Source of the DNA: Mobula hypostoma
Taxonomy: Eukaryota
Direction of reading: 5' to 3'
DNA: 64,000 nt
Assembly: GCF_963921235.1 (NCBI RefSeq)
Contig: NC_086097.1
Coordinates: forward strand, 107,262,001 to 107,326,000
Within the stretch, counting starts at the first letter, position 1, and the number at the start of each line of letters is the position of its first letter. The translations under genes were made by a program, and so were the position numbers. Under the pieces are notes generated by a model that saw only the letters and a list, made by a program, of their open reading frames with translations, did not search any database and had not been told where the DNA came from. Shown piece by piece: positions 1-12,947 of the stretch.

Positions 1-274
1 GTTCCAGCTGCTACCATCCGGGAAACGATACCACAGCAGAAAAGCCAGGACCAACAGGCTTCGGGACAGCTTCTTCCACCAGGCCATCAGACCACTTAAC
101 TCATGCTGACATAACTGTATTTCTATGTTATATTGACTATCCTGTTGTACATACTATTTATTATAAATTACTATAAATTGCACATTGCATATTTAGATGA
201 CGGCGTAACGTAAAGATTTTTACTACTCGTGTATATGAAGGATGTAAGTAATAAAGTCAATTCAATTCAATTCA
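1..274 (+). mobile_element. Rex1/Babar non-LTR retrotransposon, 3' end
   Basis: Translates FQLLPSGKRYHSRKARTNRLRDSFFHQAIR, a Rex1-type C-terminus. Ends in AATAAAGT followed by a (CAATT)n tail. Confidence 0.8.
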
Positions 275-1653
275 GCAATGGTCAGGATTATGGAGGAAAA
301 CACCCTGGGTGAATATAAGTGGACAGCATTTGACTGTTAGGTGTTCAAGGTCAGGGAAACATGAGTTAGACAAAACTGCCACACTGGAGAACCACTGAGA
401 GTTTATCATGAAACACGCATCTCCACCTTTTCAGAATGCCTTTTCTGAATCAGCATTTTGGTGCATTCGATAAATCAAGAAGCCTTGGGGTCTGACTACA
501 GTATCTGGCATGCCGTGAGAAAGCCATGTCTCACTCAGACATAGAACAGAGCTATCTCTCACCTCCCAGTCTTGTCCTCAGGCCCTCAGTTTTGATCTCC
601 AGTGATTATACATTTGCTGACAAGATGCTGGGTAGAGGAGACCTCATCCGTCTACTTTTCCGCCTGGCTTGGAGTCTTCCCAACCCCCACCCCCCCAACC
701 CGCCTCACTTCTGGCCATGGCAATGAACCTTCACCTGTTTAAAGGTTCCGTACCTGCCTGAACATCATGCAATCCATAGATCATTAAGTTGATTTAAAAG
801 TACATTGCTTAAAGGGAAATTACATGCTGCAGATTGCAGTGAGAGTAATTCAGAAGAGGGATATGTTTACATAGCCTGCAGAACGACACAGTGGTTCACT
901 GGCGCTATCTTGTTTAAAACTGTGCTAGTTGAGAATCTAGAAGCCTGGGATATGCCTATAGAGCTGGCAATTATGAGATTTTCCTTCCAGTAGAATCAGA
1001 GAGTATACAGCACTGACACAGACCCTTAATCCCACCCTCCCATCAGACACCCAGCATTTCCATTTACAAACATTTAGCAATTTAAGTGGTCATTCAAATA
1101 TTTCTTTATTGTTGAAGTACCTGCTTTCTCCACTGCTTTTTCCACTCACTCAAGTACTGTCATCCAGATTCTAGCCACCTTCTGGCTGAAAATTCCTCCC
1201 TCAGCTTCTTGATATATTTTTTTAGAAATATTATTAATATCCAGACACTTCCTAACTTTGTACCCCATCACGAAATCTCACTTCTATCTCCTCTATTCCA
1301 AAGGGGTGAGCCCTATCTTATTCAGCTTTTCCTCATACACACAATTTTCCAGTCGCGTCAACAATAGCTTTAGTGATAGGTAGAGAAGGGAGTGATGGGT
1401 GTCTGTATAATTTTCACCGGAAGTCTGTAACAAGTGATGTACCACAGGGATCGATACTAATACCTTTGATATTTGTGTAATCCTCTCACTGTAGCTCGTA
1501 ACAAACTTGGGTCATTAGCTAACTCTGCTAACAGCCACATGACTCGGTGTTGCATGGGTAATGGTGAGAAGGTCACCCTTAATAAGCAACACATGTCCGA
1601 TTTGGGTGCAACCTAACAGGAAAGTGGTAATGTTCCGATGAAAGAATGAAAAT

Positions 1654-2519
1654 TGTGATAAGTACTGTGTAAATACTGCTCCATACAAAATGATCATTCA
1701 CCAGGAAATAACAGATTATACACCAGAATAAAATTACATGGAAGTATATTTACCAAAATTTCAATTTTAACAAACAATTAACAGAGAAAAGGACAAAGAA
1801 AAAAAGGCCCGTTACAGTTAAACCTGTCTAAATGTGCACAGAAACATTGGAGCACGTTTCTGTAGTTTTTGGCTGAATCGTTTTACTCATGGTGCTGAGC
1901 TCCCATCACCAGCCACAGGTTGAACTTTCCTTAAAGAACATCACAAACAAACTGGCTAACTCAGAAATTTTGGCACTTTCTTCTTGAAACCGTTCGTCCA
2001 CACAAAGCACTCCCTGCAATAGGTTCTCCCCTTCGGGAGGGATCCCCCAAGCATCTTCTCTTGTGCTCTTTTCTGCACCTTCCAACAAAAGGCCCCAAAC
2101 CAGACTACTGTCCTTCAGAAATCTGATCCCACCCAGTTCTCTCAACTCTTCCATTGCATCCCACTGGGCAGAATGCCACAACATATTACCAAACAAATCC
2201 GATTGGCTGACACAACATTCCTAAGGTGGGCAAATAGAAACATAGAAACATAGAAAATAGGTGCAGGAGTAGGCCATTCAGCCCTTTGAGCCTGCACCGC
2301 CATTTATTATGATCATGGCTGATCATCCAACTCAGAACCCCGCCCCAGCCTTCCCTCCATACCCCCTGATCCCCGTAGCCACAAGGGCCTTACCTCCAAT
2401 GAAACCAAAACACTAGTCTCTGAAGCTTGCTAACAGTATCCACTGTGTTTGTAGAAAACACTGAAATAAAATGCCCAACAGCATAACAGTAGAAATACAA
2501 TGGTAACCAGGGCATTGCA
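1654..2519 (-). repeat. Gypsy 3' LTR (contains a CR1 tail insertion)
   Basis: Colinear with 8537-9220. Starts TGTGAT, ends CATTGCA. Confidence 0.8.
2236..2389 (-). mobile_element. Young CR1 3' end, about 150 bp, inserted in the LTR
   Basis: (TTCTATGT)n tail, nearly identical to the end of the 41934-43425 copy. Absent from the other LTR. Confidence 0.9.
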
Positions 2520-2530
2520 TTCTCCCCCCA
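2520..2530 (-). other. Polypurine tract
   Basis: Minus strand reads TGGGGGGAGAA directly before the TG of the 3' LTR. Confidence 0.8.
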
Positions 2531-2997
2531 CCAAAAAAAGTCATGTGCTCATGATTTTGTAAGCCTTTCAAACTTATCAAACCATTATTAATAGCACAGT
2601 AGTCAAATGAATTTCATGATTTCAGGACCCCCAATCTATTTTTAAATTGAAGTAACATATCTCATTGGGAGTGATGCAACACTCTTTTTCCAGGTGAATC
2701 ATATTCCAGCCTATCGGGCGTTTCCTGACTCTCTGTAACCTCCTTATCTCATCTTTAGCTTCTTCTGCCTCAGCCACTCCTTGTGACCATTCCTGCCTAC
2801 ATGGGGATGCCTCCCCCTGTCTATCACGCATACCTTCCAGTGACTCAGTTCCCCCTGCTCCCTAACTGAACTCAACTTCATCTTTAATTATATTGGAGCC
2901 CAGTTTTCCCTCCCTGTCTACCATCATGTCTGACTGTCCACTGGTATTTTTCCCCGCTACAGCTAAGCTGGGGCTGGGCGATTCAGTATTCTCTTCA

Positions 2998-4120
2998 TCA
3001 ATTCTTGGGGAGTTTGCATAAAGAAAATCCCTTTTCCTCATCCTCTGAGTCACAGTACTCAGTGGTTGGTCCCTCTTCAGGTCTTCTCACTGAAAGCACA
3101 CTATTGTCAGCTTGTTGCCTTTCTGTTCTCCTTCTTCTGTGCAGAGTTCTACGACTAGGTATAGGTTCCATGTCGTCCTCAGGGTCAGCATGTATTTCCT
3201 GCCCTAGAGGTAAAAGATGACTTTGATGGAGAATTTTGACAGGACCATTCCCATCCTCAGGCTTCACCCTGAAAATTGGCAGATTTGGTATCTGGTTCTC
3301 TACTACATAAGGCATAGAAACCCAACGGTTGCCAAACTTAAGCTTCCCTAGTAACCCCAAATTTATTATTAAAACTCTGTCTCCAGGCATCTTTTGATCT
3401 TTTAATCACATCTCCTCTTTTTTCCTTGGTTTTACATGGTGAGAAAAACTGCTGCTGGCTCATTAATTTTTTACAGTTCTTTCATCATGTCAGACACATA
3501 CCTGAGATACGTTTTTTGCTGCGAGTCTTCACTGCCGGCTACAAGACAGAGATGTACAGGTATCTCGCTTCGTGTCAAAACATCATAGTATCCAGTGGCT
3601 TCATTCTGTGTTCAGTTGTAGCAGTGTACCAAATGTCCAATATACTGGGTCCACTTATTCTTTTTGTTAGCATACAGAGTTCCAAGCATGTCTAGCAATA
3701 TCTGGTTGAACCTTTCAAACTGAGGATCATCCTGAGGGTTATAGAAACATAGAAACATAGAAAATAGGTGCAGGAGTAGGCCATTTGGCCCTTGGAGCCT
3801 GCACTGCCATTTATTATGATTATATGGCACGGTTCATGACTTCTCACCTCCCAGCATGCTCAGTAGCTCATGTATGAGCTGACTTTCAAAATCTTTTCCC
3901 CGATCACTGGGTATCCTTCTCGGAAGACCATAAAGAATGAAATACTTCTCCCATAACACTTTGACAACCACAGATGCTCTCTGATCCTTTGTGGGGAAGG
4001 CTTGAACATATCTGGTGTAGTGACCTGTGATGACCAAAACAATCACATTACTGGAATCAGGCTCCATGGAAAGGAAATCCATACACACTAAATCAAGTGG
4101 TCTTGCACTCTGAATATGAG
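2998..4120 (-). pseudogene. Gypsy integrase remnant
   Basis: RPLDLVCMDF, RRIPSDRGKDFES, PQFERFNQILL and GDRVLI...KLKFGNRW...PYVV motifs, broken by stops and frameshifts. Confidence 0.85.
3744..3819 (-). mobile_element. Young CR1 3' tail, about 76 bp, inserted in the integrase
   Basis: (TTCTATGT)n tail. TTATA is duplicated at 3739-3743 and 3820-3824. Confidence 0.85.
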
Positions 4121-4124
4121 ATAA

Positions 4125-7100
4125 TATAACCATGTAACCATATAACAATATATGGCCATCTCGTCCCGTCTAGTCCGTGCCGAACTCTTACTCTCACCTA
4201 GTCCCACTGACCTGCACTCAGCCCATAAACCTCCATTCTTTTCCTGTCCCTGTATCTATCCAATTTAACTTTAAACGGCAACATCGAACCTGCCTCAACC
4301 ACTTCTGCTGGAAGCTCGTTCCACACAGCTACCACTCTCTGAGTAAAAAAGTTCCCCTTCATGTTACCCCTAAACTTTTGCCCTTTAACTCTCAACTCAT
4401 GTCCTCTTGTTTGAATCTCCCCCATTCTCAATGGAAAAAGCCTATCCACGTCAACTCTATCAATCCCCCTCATAATTTTAAATACCTCTATCAAGTCCCC
4501 CCTCAACCTTCTACGCTCCAAAGAATAAAGACCTAACTTGTTTAACCTTTCTCTGTAACTTAGGAGATGAAACCCAGGCAACATTTTAGTAAATCTCCTC
4601 TGTACTCTCTCAATTTTATTGACATCTTTCCTATAATTTGGTGACCAGAACTGTACACAATACTCCAAATTTGGCCTCACCAATGCCTTATACAATTTCA
4701 ACATTACATCCCAACTCCTATACTCAATGCTCTGATTAATAAAGGCCAGCATACCAAAAGCTTTCTTCACCACCTTATCACATGAGATTCCACCTTCAGG
4801 GAACTATACACCATTATTCCTAGATCCCTCTGTTCTACAGCATTTTTCAGTGCCCTACCATTTACCATGTATGTCCTATTTTGATTAGTCCTACCAAAAT
4901 GTAGCACCTCACATTTTTCAGCATTAAACTTCATCTGCCATCTTTCAGCCCACTCTTCTAACTGGCCTAAATCTCTCTGCAAGCTTTGAAAACCTACTTC
5001 ATTATCCACAACTCCACCTATCTTAGTATCATCTGCATACTTACTAATCCAATTTACCACCCCATCATCCAGATCATTAATAGAAAATGACAAACAACAT
5101 TGGACCCAGTACAGTTCCCTGAGGCACACCGCTACATACACTTCTCCAATCTGACACACAGTTATCTGCCACTACTTTCTGGCATCTCCCATCTAGCCAC
5201 TGCTGAATACACTTTACTACTTCGATACTAATGCCTAACAATTGAACCTTCCTAACTAACCTTCCATGTGGAACTTTGTCAAAGGCCTTACTAAAGTCCA
5301 TATAGACAACATCCACTATTTACCCTCGTCAACTTTCTTAGTAACCTCTTCAAAAATTCAATAAGATTTGGCAAACATGACCTTCCATGCACTATGTTGA
5401 CTATTCCTAATCAGTCCCTGTCTATCCAGATAATTATAGATACCATCTCTAAGAATACTTTCCATCAATTTACCTACCACTGACGTCAAACTCACAGGCC
5501 GATAATTGCTGGTTTGCTCTTAGAACCCTTTTTAAATAATGGAACCACATGAGCAATACGCCAATCCTCCGTTTCTAATGACATTTGAAATATTTCTGTC
5601 AGAGCCCCTACTATTTCCACACTAACTTCCCTCACGGTCCCAGGGAATATCTTGTCCGGACCTGGAGACTTATCCACTTATATTCCTTAAAAGTGCCAGT
5701 ACTTCCTCTTCTTTAATCATCATACTTTCCATAACTAACCTTCTTGTTTACTTTACCTTACACAATTCAATATCCTTCTCCTTAGTGAATACCGAAGAAA
5801 AGAAATTGTTCAAAATCTCCCCCATCTCTTTTGGTTCCGCACATAGCAGTCCACTCTGATTCTCTTTGGGACCAATTTTATCCCTCACTATCCTTTTGCT
5901 ATTAACATAACTGTAGAAACCCTTGGGATTTATTTTCACATTACTTGCCAAAGCAGCATTGTATGTTCTTTTAGCTTTTCTAATTTCTTTCTTAAGATTC
6001 TTTTTACATTCTTTATGTTCCTTGAGCACCTCATTAACTCCAAGCTGTCTATATTTATTGAAGATCCCTCTCTTTTTCTGAACAAAGCTTCCAATATCTC
6101 TTGAAATCCATGGCTCTCTCAAACTTTTAATCTTTCCTTTCAACTTAACAGGAACATAAAGATTCTGCACCCTCAAAATTTCACCTTTAAATGACCTCCA
6201 TTTCTCTATTACATCCTTCCCATAAAACAAATTGTCCCAATCCACTCCTTCTAAATCCTTTCGCATCTCCTCAGAGTTAGCCTTTCTCCAATCAAAAATC
6301 TCAATCCTAGGGCGAGTCCGATCCTTCTCCATAATTATATTGACACTAATGATATTGTGATCACTGGACTCGAAGTGCTCCCCTACACATACCTCCATCA
6401 CCTGCCCTATTTCATTCCCTAACAGGAGATCCAACATTACCCCTTCTCTAGTTGGTACCTCTATGTATTGCTCCAAAAAACTGTCTTGCACACATTTGAC
6501 AAACTCCAAACCATCCAGCCCTTTTACAGAATGGGCTTCCCAGTCTATATTTTTTGAAAATTAAAATCTCCAACAATCTCAACCTCGTGCTTACTACAAA
6601 TATCTGCTATCTCCTTACAAATTTGCTCCTCCAGTTCTCGGTCCCCATTAGGTGGTCTATAATACACCCCTATAAGCGTCACAACACCTTTCCCATTCCT
6701 CAATTCCATTCAAATAGCCTCCCTAGACGAGTCCACTAATCTATCCTGCCAGAGCACCGCTGTTATATTTTCTCTGACAAGCTGTTGCCCCTCTGACAAG
6801 CTCTCCCCCTCTTGCCCCTCCTATTCTATCACACCTGAAGCAATGAAATCCTGGAATATTTAGTTGCCAATCACACCCCTCCTGCAACCACTTTTCACTA
6901 ATAGCTACAACATCATATTTCGAGGTATCAATCCATGCTCTAAGCTCATCCACCTTTTTTACAATGCTCCTCGCATTAAAATAGATGCATTTAAGAAACT
7001 TTCCACCTCTTACTCTCTGTTTATCCTTAATGGAGTTAACAACTTTGTTATCTTTTTCTTCCCTGTCCCCTACATCTCTGGTCTGAGTGCTCCTGATGTC

Positions 7101-7192
7101 TGTCCCCTGCCTATCCTCCCTCACACACTGTCTACCTGCTTTCTCTATTTGTGAACTAACCTCCTCTCTGCTAGTCTCTTTAATTTGATTCC
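4125..7192 (-). mobile_element. CR1 LINE, ATATGGTT-tail subfamily, full-length disrupted ORF2, 5' truncated
   Basis: Endonuclease (YFNARS, SDHN) and RT (DFSKAFDKVPH, QGTVLGP, YADD) motifs. Interrupts the Gypsy peptide RAAP/SHIQSARP. Confidence 0.92.
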
Positions 7193-7216
7193 ATTAATTA
7201 ATTAACTAATTAATTA

Positions 7217-8535
7217 AATGGAGCAGCTCTCTTAGGCAGTCTTTCTCTGAATACATTGGATACAGTACTCTTCAACCTCAGGCTTCATTCAGGGCCAATA
7301 GATCTCAGACCAATCCGTAGGTCTTGTCTAGTCCCAGATGAGGTGAGTCATCATGCAATGACTTTCATACAATCTTATGGTACTTCTCAGCCAAAAGAAA
7401 CTAGGAACACCAAGATCTGTCTGGATGAGACGTAACCCTGTGTAAAACTTTGTTCCTCAACTCCATTTTGTCCCATTCCCTCATCAGTGGTGGTATGGTA
7501 AGGTGTTTTGTCTTCTCAACTTGGGCAATACCTCCTTCTGCAACAGTTGACTAAATGGTACCTGTAAAAGGATCGTCTCACTGGGCTACTGCCAATTCCA
7601 CAGGACTCAAGGTAGGCAACTGCTTCGGTATTCAGCATGGTCAAGTTGCAATATGCTGGTGGAACATCACAACTGTATCAGGCCATAGCCTTGGCTGTAA
7701 TTTCCCCACTGTGGAAAACTGGCACATTGCTTTAGCAACAGAGGCAGGAATGTCCTCTTTACCTCCGTCCATTGCTGGCATCTCATGCAGACGCCATTGC
7801 AAAGCATCTGCATCAAAGTTCTGACTTCCTGGAGGCTGAAATCATAAGCAGCCAACGCTGCCAACCAGGGATGACCCTGTGGCATTTAGTTTCACCCAGC
7901 TCAGAATATAGGTCAGTAAATTGTTAGTCCTCACCTCCAGCTTGGCATCATATAGATAGTCACTTAACTTATTCAACATGCTCATTTCAAATGCCAGAAA
8001 CTCCAAAATGTGTGCAGAGTAGTTCCACTCAGATGGTGACCGTCTTCAGCTAACAAAAGCAAAAGGTCTCAACCCTTTACCTTGGTCTTGATATAGAACA
8101 CCGTCTAATCCCTCATGGATGGTGTCTGTATGCAGTACATATAGCAACTGGGGGTTTGCCAAGGCAGGCACAGGTGCTTTAGTCAGTAACTCTTTCAGCA
8201 GCTGAAATGTCTCTTTACACTTTAAATCCTATCTTTCCCTGAAAGGTTCCAAAGGGCTAAGATAAACTTTGCCTTCTTCTCCTTTCATTCTCCTCTCTTT
8301 CTTCCCTAAGGGAGGGTAACCACACAGAAGTTGATTCAAACGATGGCTTACTCTGGAGAAGTCCTTCACAAATCTCCAGTAATATCCTCAGAATCCAAGG
8401 AATGAATGTAGGGCGTTCACATTCTTGGACCTTGGCCATGTGGTTATCACCCCTATCTTGGACGTATCTGCAGCCACTCCAATCTGAGAGACTATGTGTC
8501 TAACGTAGTTGACTCACATCTTACAGAACTGGCAA
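7217..8535 (-). pseudogene. Gypsy pol remnant (RT C-terminus, RNase H, integrase N-terminus)
   Basis: Minus-strand fragments CQFC...VNYVRHIVS..GVAAD..KI and WLAALAAYDFS. Confidence 0.75.
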
Positions 8536-8536
8536 T

Positions 8537-9220
8537 TGTGATGAATACTACCCCATTCTCCAGGAAATAAAAGTTATCATTCGCTAGGAAATAACAGATC
8601 ATACACCAGATGAAAATTACATGAGAAGTATATTTACCAATATTTCAATTACAACAAACAGTTAAAAGAAAAGAAAAAGAAAAAGAAAAAGAAAAAATGG
8701 CCCATTACAGTTAAACCAGTCTAAATGTGCACGTAAATGTTGGAGCTCAATTCTGTAGTAGTTGGGTGTATCGTTTTAGTCACGGTGCTGAATTCCCATC
8801 ACCAGCCTCAGGATGAACTTTCCTTGAAGAACATCACAAATAAACTGGCGAACTCGGAAGTTTTGGTACTTTCTCTTGAAACCATTCATCCACACAAAGC
8901 ACTCCCTGCAATAGGGTCTCCCTTGTGCTCTTTTCTGCACTTTCCTACAAAAGGCTCCAAACCAGACTACTGTCCTTCAGAAATCTGATCTCGCCTAGTT
9001 CTCTGGAATCTTCCATTGCATCCCACTGGGCAGAGTGTCACAACAGATTACAAAGTCAAACCTGATTGGCTGACACAACATTCCTAAGATGGGTAAATGG
9101 CTCCTTATTTCCATTGAAACCAAAACACAACTCTATGAAGCTTCTTAACAGAACATACTGCTTTTGTGGAAATGCCCAACAGCATAGCAGTAGAAATACA
9201 ATGTTCACCAGGGTATTACA
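8537..9220 (-). repeat. Gypsy 5' LTR
   Basis: Homologous to 1654-2519. Bounded by TGTGAT...TATTACA. Confidence 0.8.
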
Positions 9221-9299
9221 TTTGTTCTGTATATAAATGGCTTGGGTGAGTATGTCATTGGTTTGAATGAATAAATTCTACCATGGAAACTGGTGCAAT

Positions 9300-9680
9300 C
9301 ATTGCTAGTGAAGAAGGCTGTCTGATGGATACCATTGATATCATTAGTCAGACTTTGTTGCAGGAAGGGCAGAACTGGCAGCTCAGTATTTTGGGGTCCC
9401 ACTGTTTTAGATATGGTAGAGTGGGAGGGATTAAAGGGGGAAGGATGGCATTACTAGTCAGGGAAAATGTTATGGTTGTGCTTAGACAGGACAGATTGGA
9501 TCACTAAGGTTACTGAGTTTACATGGGTGGAACTGAGGAATAAGAAATGGATGACAAATTAATGGAATTATATTACAGACAACCCAAAAATCAGTGGGAT
9601 TTAGAGTAACAAATTTGGAGACTGATTGCAAATTGTTGCAAGAAAAAAATAAGGTTGTGATAGTAGGTGATTTTAACTTA
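9300..9680 (+). mobile_element. Old CR1 endonuclease fragment
   Basis: LQEGQNWQLSILGSHCFR...GGRMALLVRE and IVGDFN. Confidence 0.7.
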
Positions 9681-9686
9681 TTTTTC

Positions 9687-9947
9687 TATTTAGTGATACA
9701 GCACAGAGTACGCCTTTCCTGCCCTTCAAGCCACACTGCCCTAGAAACCCCTTAACTCCTATTAACCCTAACCTAATCACTGAACAATTTACAATGACCA
9801 ATTAACCTACCCGGTACACCTTTGGACTGTGGGATGAAACTGGAGCACCTGGGGAAAACCGGCACATTCTACAGGGAGGACGTACAGAGACTCCTTACAG
9901 TCAGTGCTGGAATTGAACTCTGAATGCTGGAACACCTCGAGCTGTAA
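9687..9947 (-). mobile_element. V-SINE (tRNA head, V-domain, CR1-like tail)
   Basis: Minus strand has B-box GAGTTCAATTCC, the core CTCCAGTTTCATCCCACAGTCCAAAG...GGTTAATTGG, and a tail resembling the CR1 3' stem-loop. Confidence 0.75.
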
Positions 9948-9964
9948 AAATGTCACACAAACCT

Positions 9965-12462
9965 CGCTGTGGAAGACACGAGCAACGTGCTAGAATTTCG
10001 ACAGTGTCGAGAGCAGAAGAGTGTGAAGTTGCCATTACTAGGGAGAAGGTGCTTGGGAAACTGAAAGATCTCGAGGTAGATAAATCACATGGACTATACT
10101 GTCTACACCTCAGAGTTCTGAAGGAGGTGGCTGAAGAGATTGCTGAGGCATTAGTAGTGATCTTTCAAGTGTGACGAGAATACACATAAAATTAAGATGT
10201 TTGCTGGCCTGGGTTAGCATCAGTGACATCAGCAAGTGGTCTGCCACCTGCCCTCAGGGGAAGGAGAGATAAGGAACAATGGAGCAGCGTCTGGAGATGT
10301 GTAATGAAGGGACGGGGGAGAGAGAGCTGTCTGGAGCGGCTCCCCCTTTGAACCCTGAACTGTTTGAAGTGATGGACAGGCGATACCCCAGCAGGGGGAT
10401 AAAAAGGGACCGGTTCGCTAAGGCAGACACACGCCACCCGAGGTAACGAGACCCTGGAAGCGGTGCGCCTCTCACGAGTGGGTGAGAAGTACCAGACAAC
10501 GGCCAGGGTGGAAAGGTACGATCAGCGGGAACCCGGTGTGTGTCCGCCCTTGCCTGGGTGCCGGGTTCACTGCAGAGGATCGACCGCATCTGGAGGAGGG
10601 GTCACAGTTGGTGACCTCAGGTGACATCACCAAGGACCCGCCCAAAATCGCCGGTCTGTGAGTGAAGCCGTTCTGAATGATCAGTTGTTCCTGTTCTATC
10701 TCTCTCTTCCCCCACTTTGTCCATCGCCATGGCAACGATTACTGCGAACTGAACTTTGAGTCACTTTGAAATTTGGTCATTTACCCCTAGACAACGATAG
10801 AGCTTGATTGATGCTGTTATCTTAATTCTGTGCACATGTGTGGTTATCATTGCTGAACTGTTGCATTTATTATCCTTTCGATTACTGTGTTGCTTGTTTC
10901 TTTAATAAAACTTTCTTAGTTCTAGTAATCCAGACTCCAACTGAGTGATCCATTTCTGCTGGTTTGGCAACCCAGTTACGGGGTACGTAACACAAGAATC
11001 AATGGATTCTGGCATGGTTCTAGAGAACTGGAAAATTGCAAAAGTCACTTCACTCTTTAAGAGGGGAGAGAGTTAGAAGAAAGGAAATTATAGGCCAGTT
11101 AGTCTGATCTCAGTGGTTGGGAAGATGTTGGAGTCAATTGTTAAGGATTGGTGTCTGGCTGTTTGGAGGCATGTGATAAAATAGGCTGTAGTTAGTAAGG
11201 TTTCCTCAAGGGAAAATCTTGCCTGACAAATTTGTTGGAATTCTTTGAAGAAATAACAAACAAGAAAGACAAAAGACAACTTGGATTTTCAGAAAGTGTT
11301 TGACAAGGTGCCACACGAGTTAACAACTTGTTTAACAAGTTAAGAGCCCATGGTATTACAGGAAAAATACTAGCATGGATAGCGTATTGGCTGATCAGCA
11401 GGAGGCAAAGAGTAGGAATAGAGCGCTTTTTTCTGGTTGGCTGCTGGTGACTAGTGATGTTCCACAGAGGTCTCTGTTGGGACTGATTCTTTTTATGTTA
11501 TATATCAATGATTGGATGAAGGGACTGATGGCTTTGTGGGCAGGTTTGTGGATGATACAAAGATAAGTGGAGGGGTAGATAGTGTTGAGGAAGCAGAGAG
11601 TCTGCAGAAGAACTTAAACAGATCGGGTGAATGGGCAGAGAAGTGGCAGATGAAATACAGTGTCAGGAAGTGTATGGCTATGCACTTTGGTAGAAGAAAG
11701 AGAAGTATAGACTATTTCTAAATGGAAAAGAAGTTCAAAAATCTTATGTGCAAAGAGACTTGGGAATATTTGTGCAAGTTTCCGTAAAGGTTAATTTGCA
11801 CGTTAAGTCGGTGTGAGGAAGGCAAATACAATGTTGGCATTTATTTCAAGAGGATTAGAATATAAAAGCAAGAATGCAATGTTCAGGCTTTATAAGGCAC
11901 TAGTGGTGCCTCATGGATAATTGTGGGCGGTTTTGGGGCCCTTATCTAAGAAAGCATCTGCTGACATTGGGGAGGTTTCAAAGGATGTTCAAGAAAATTA
12001 TTTTGGGATTGAAAGGCTTATATATGAGGAGCATTTGATGGCTCTGTGCCTGTATTTACTAGAAGTTAGAATAATGAAGGGGAATCTCATTGAAGCCTAT
12101 TGAATTCTAAAAGGCCACGATAAAGTAGATGTGGAGAGGATGTTTCCTATGGTGGAGGAGTCTTAGACCAGAGGACAAAGCCTCAGAATAGAGGGACATC
12201 CATTTAGAATGGAGATGAAAAGGAATTTCTTTAGTCAGGATGGTGAATCTGTAGAATTCGTTGCCACAGATAGCTGTGGAGGCCAAGTCATTGTGTATAT
12301 TTAAAGCAGAGGTTGACAGTTTCTTGTTGGGGCGTGAAGGGGTATGGAGAGAAGGTAGGAGATTGGGGGTAGAGAGGGAAATGGAATAGGCTTGATGAAA
12401 TGCCGAAGCAGACTCCATAGGCAAAATTGCCTAATTCTTCTACTATATCTTATGGTGTTATG
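9965..12462 (+). mobile_element. Decayed CR1 ORF2 and 3' end, interrupted by a solo LTR
   Basis: VDKSHG...LHLRVLKEVAEEI and FVDDTKI motifs. The tail lies near 12450. Confidence 0.85.
10170..10992 (+). mobile_element. Solo LTR, 823 bp, probably Gypsy
   Basis: TGTGACG...CGTAACA termini and a perfect 4-bp TSD CAAG (10166-10169, 10993-10996). GATAAAA near 10398 and AATAAA near 10904 suggest the + orientation. Confidence 0.9.
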
Positions 12463-12947
12463 GTAATGCATTTTGGGAAGTTATATATGGGTAAGGCATG
12501 TAGAGTAAATGACAGGACTATAGATTGCACTTCAGGGACTTTGAGTGCAAGTCCAATGGTCACTGAATGTGCTGTCACAGATGGATGGGGTAGTGAAGAG
12601 GCACTTGGTATAATTGCCTTCTTGTGCGAAGTCACTGAGTACAGGTGTTGGGACATCATATTGCAGATGCACAACACATTGTTCAAGGATTTTTGATTTC
12701 CACAGTACAAGAAGGATGTAGCACCAATAGAATCATGAATTAATATAACTATACAGCATGGAAACAGGCGCTTTAACCCATCTCATCAATGCCTGTGAAG
12801 CTGTCTTCCTAAGCTAGTCCCTTTTGCTTGTATTTGGCCCCATATCCCTTTAAACTTTTACTGTCCAAATCCATTCAAATGTCTCTTAATTATAGTAATT
12901 CACCTGCCTCTACCATTTTTCAGACAGCTTGTTCTATATACCCTCTG

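Larger units (their letters stand above)
1654..9220 (-). mobile_element. Decayed Gypsy LTR retrotransposon with gag and 5' pol missing and three nested CR1 insertions
   Basis: Two diverged direct repeats bounded by TG...CA, a polypurine tract, and pol remnants (RT C-terminus, RNase H, integrase) on the minus strand. Confidence 0.85.
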
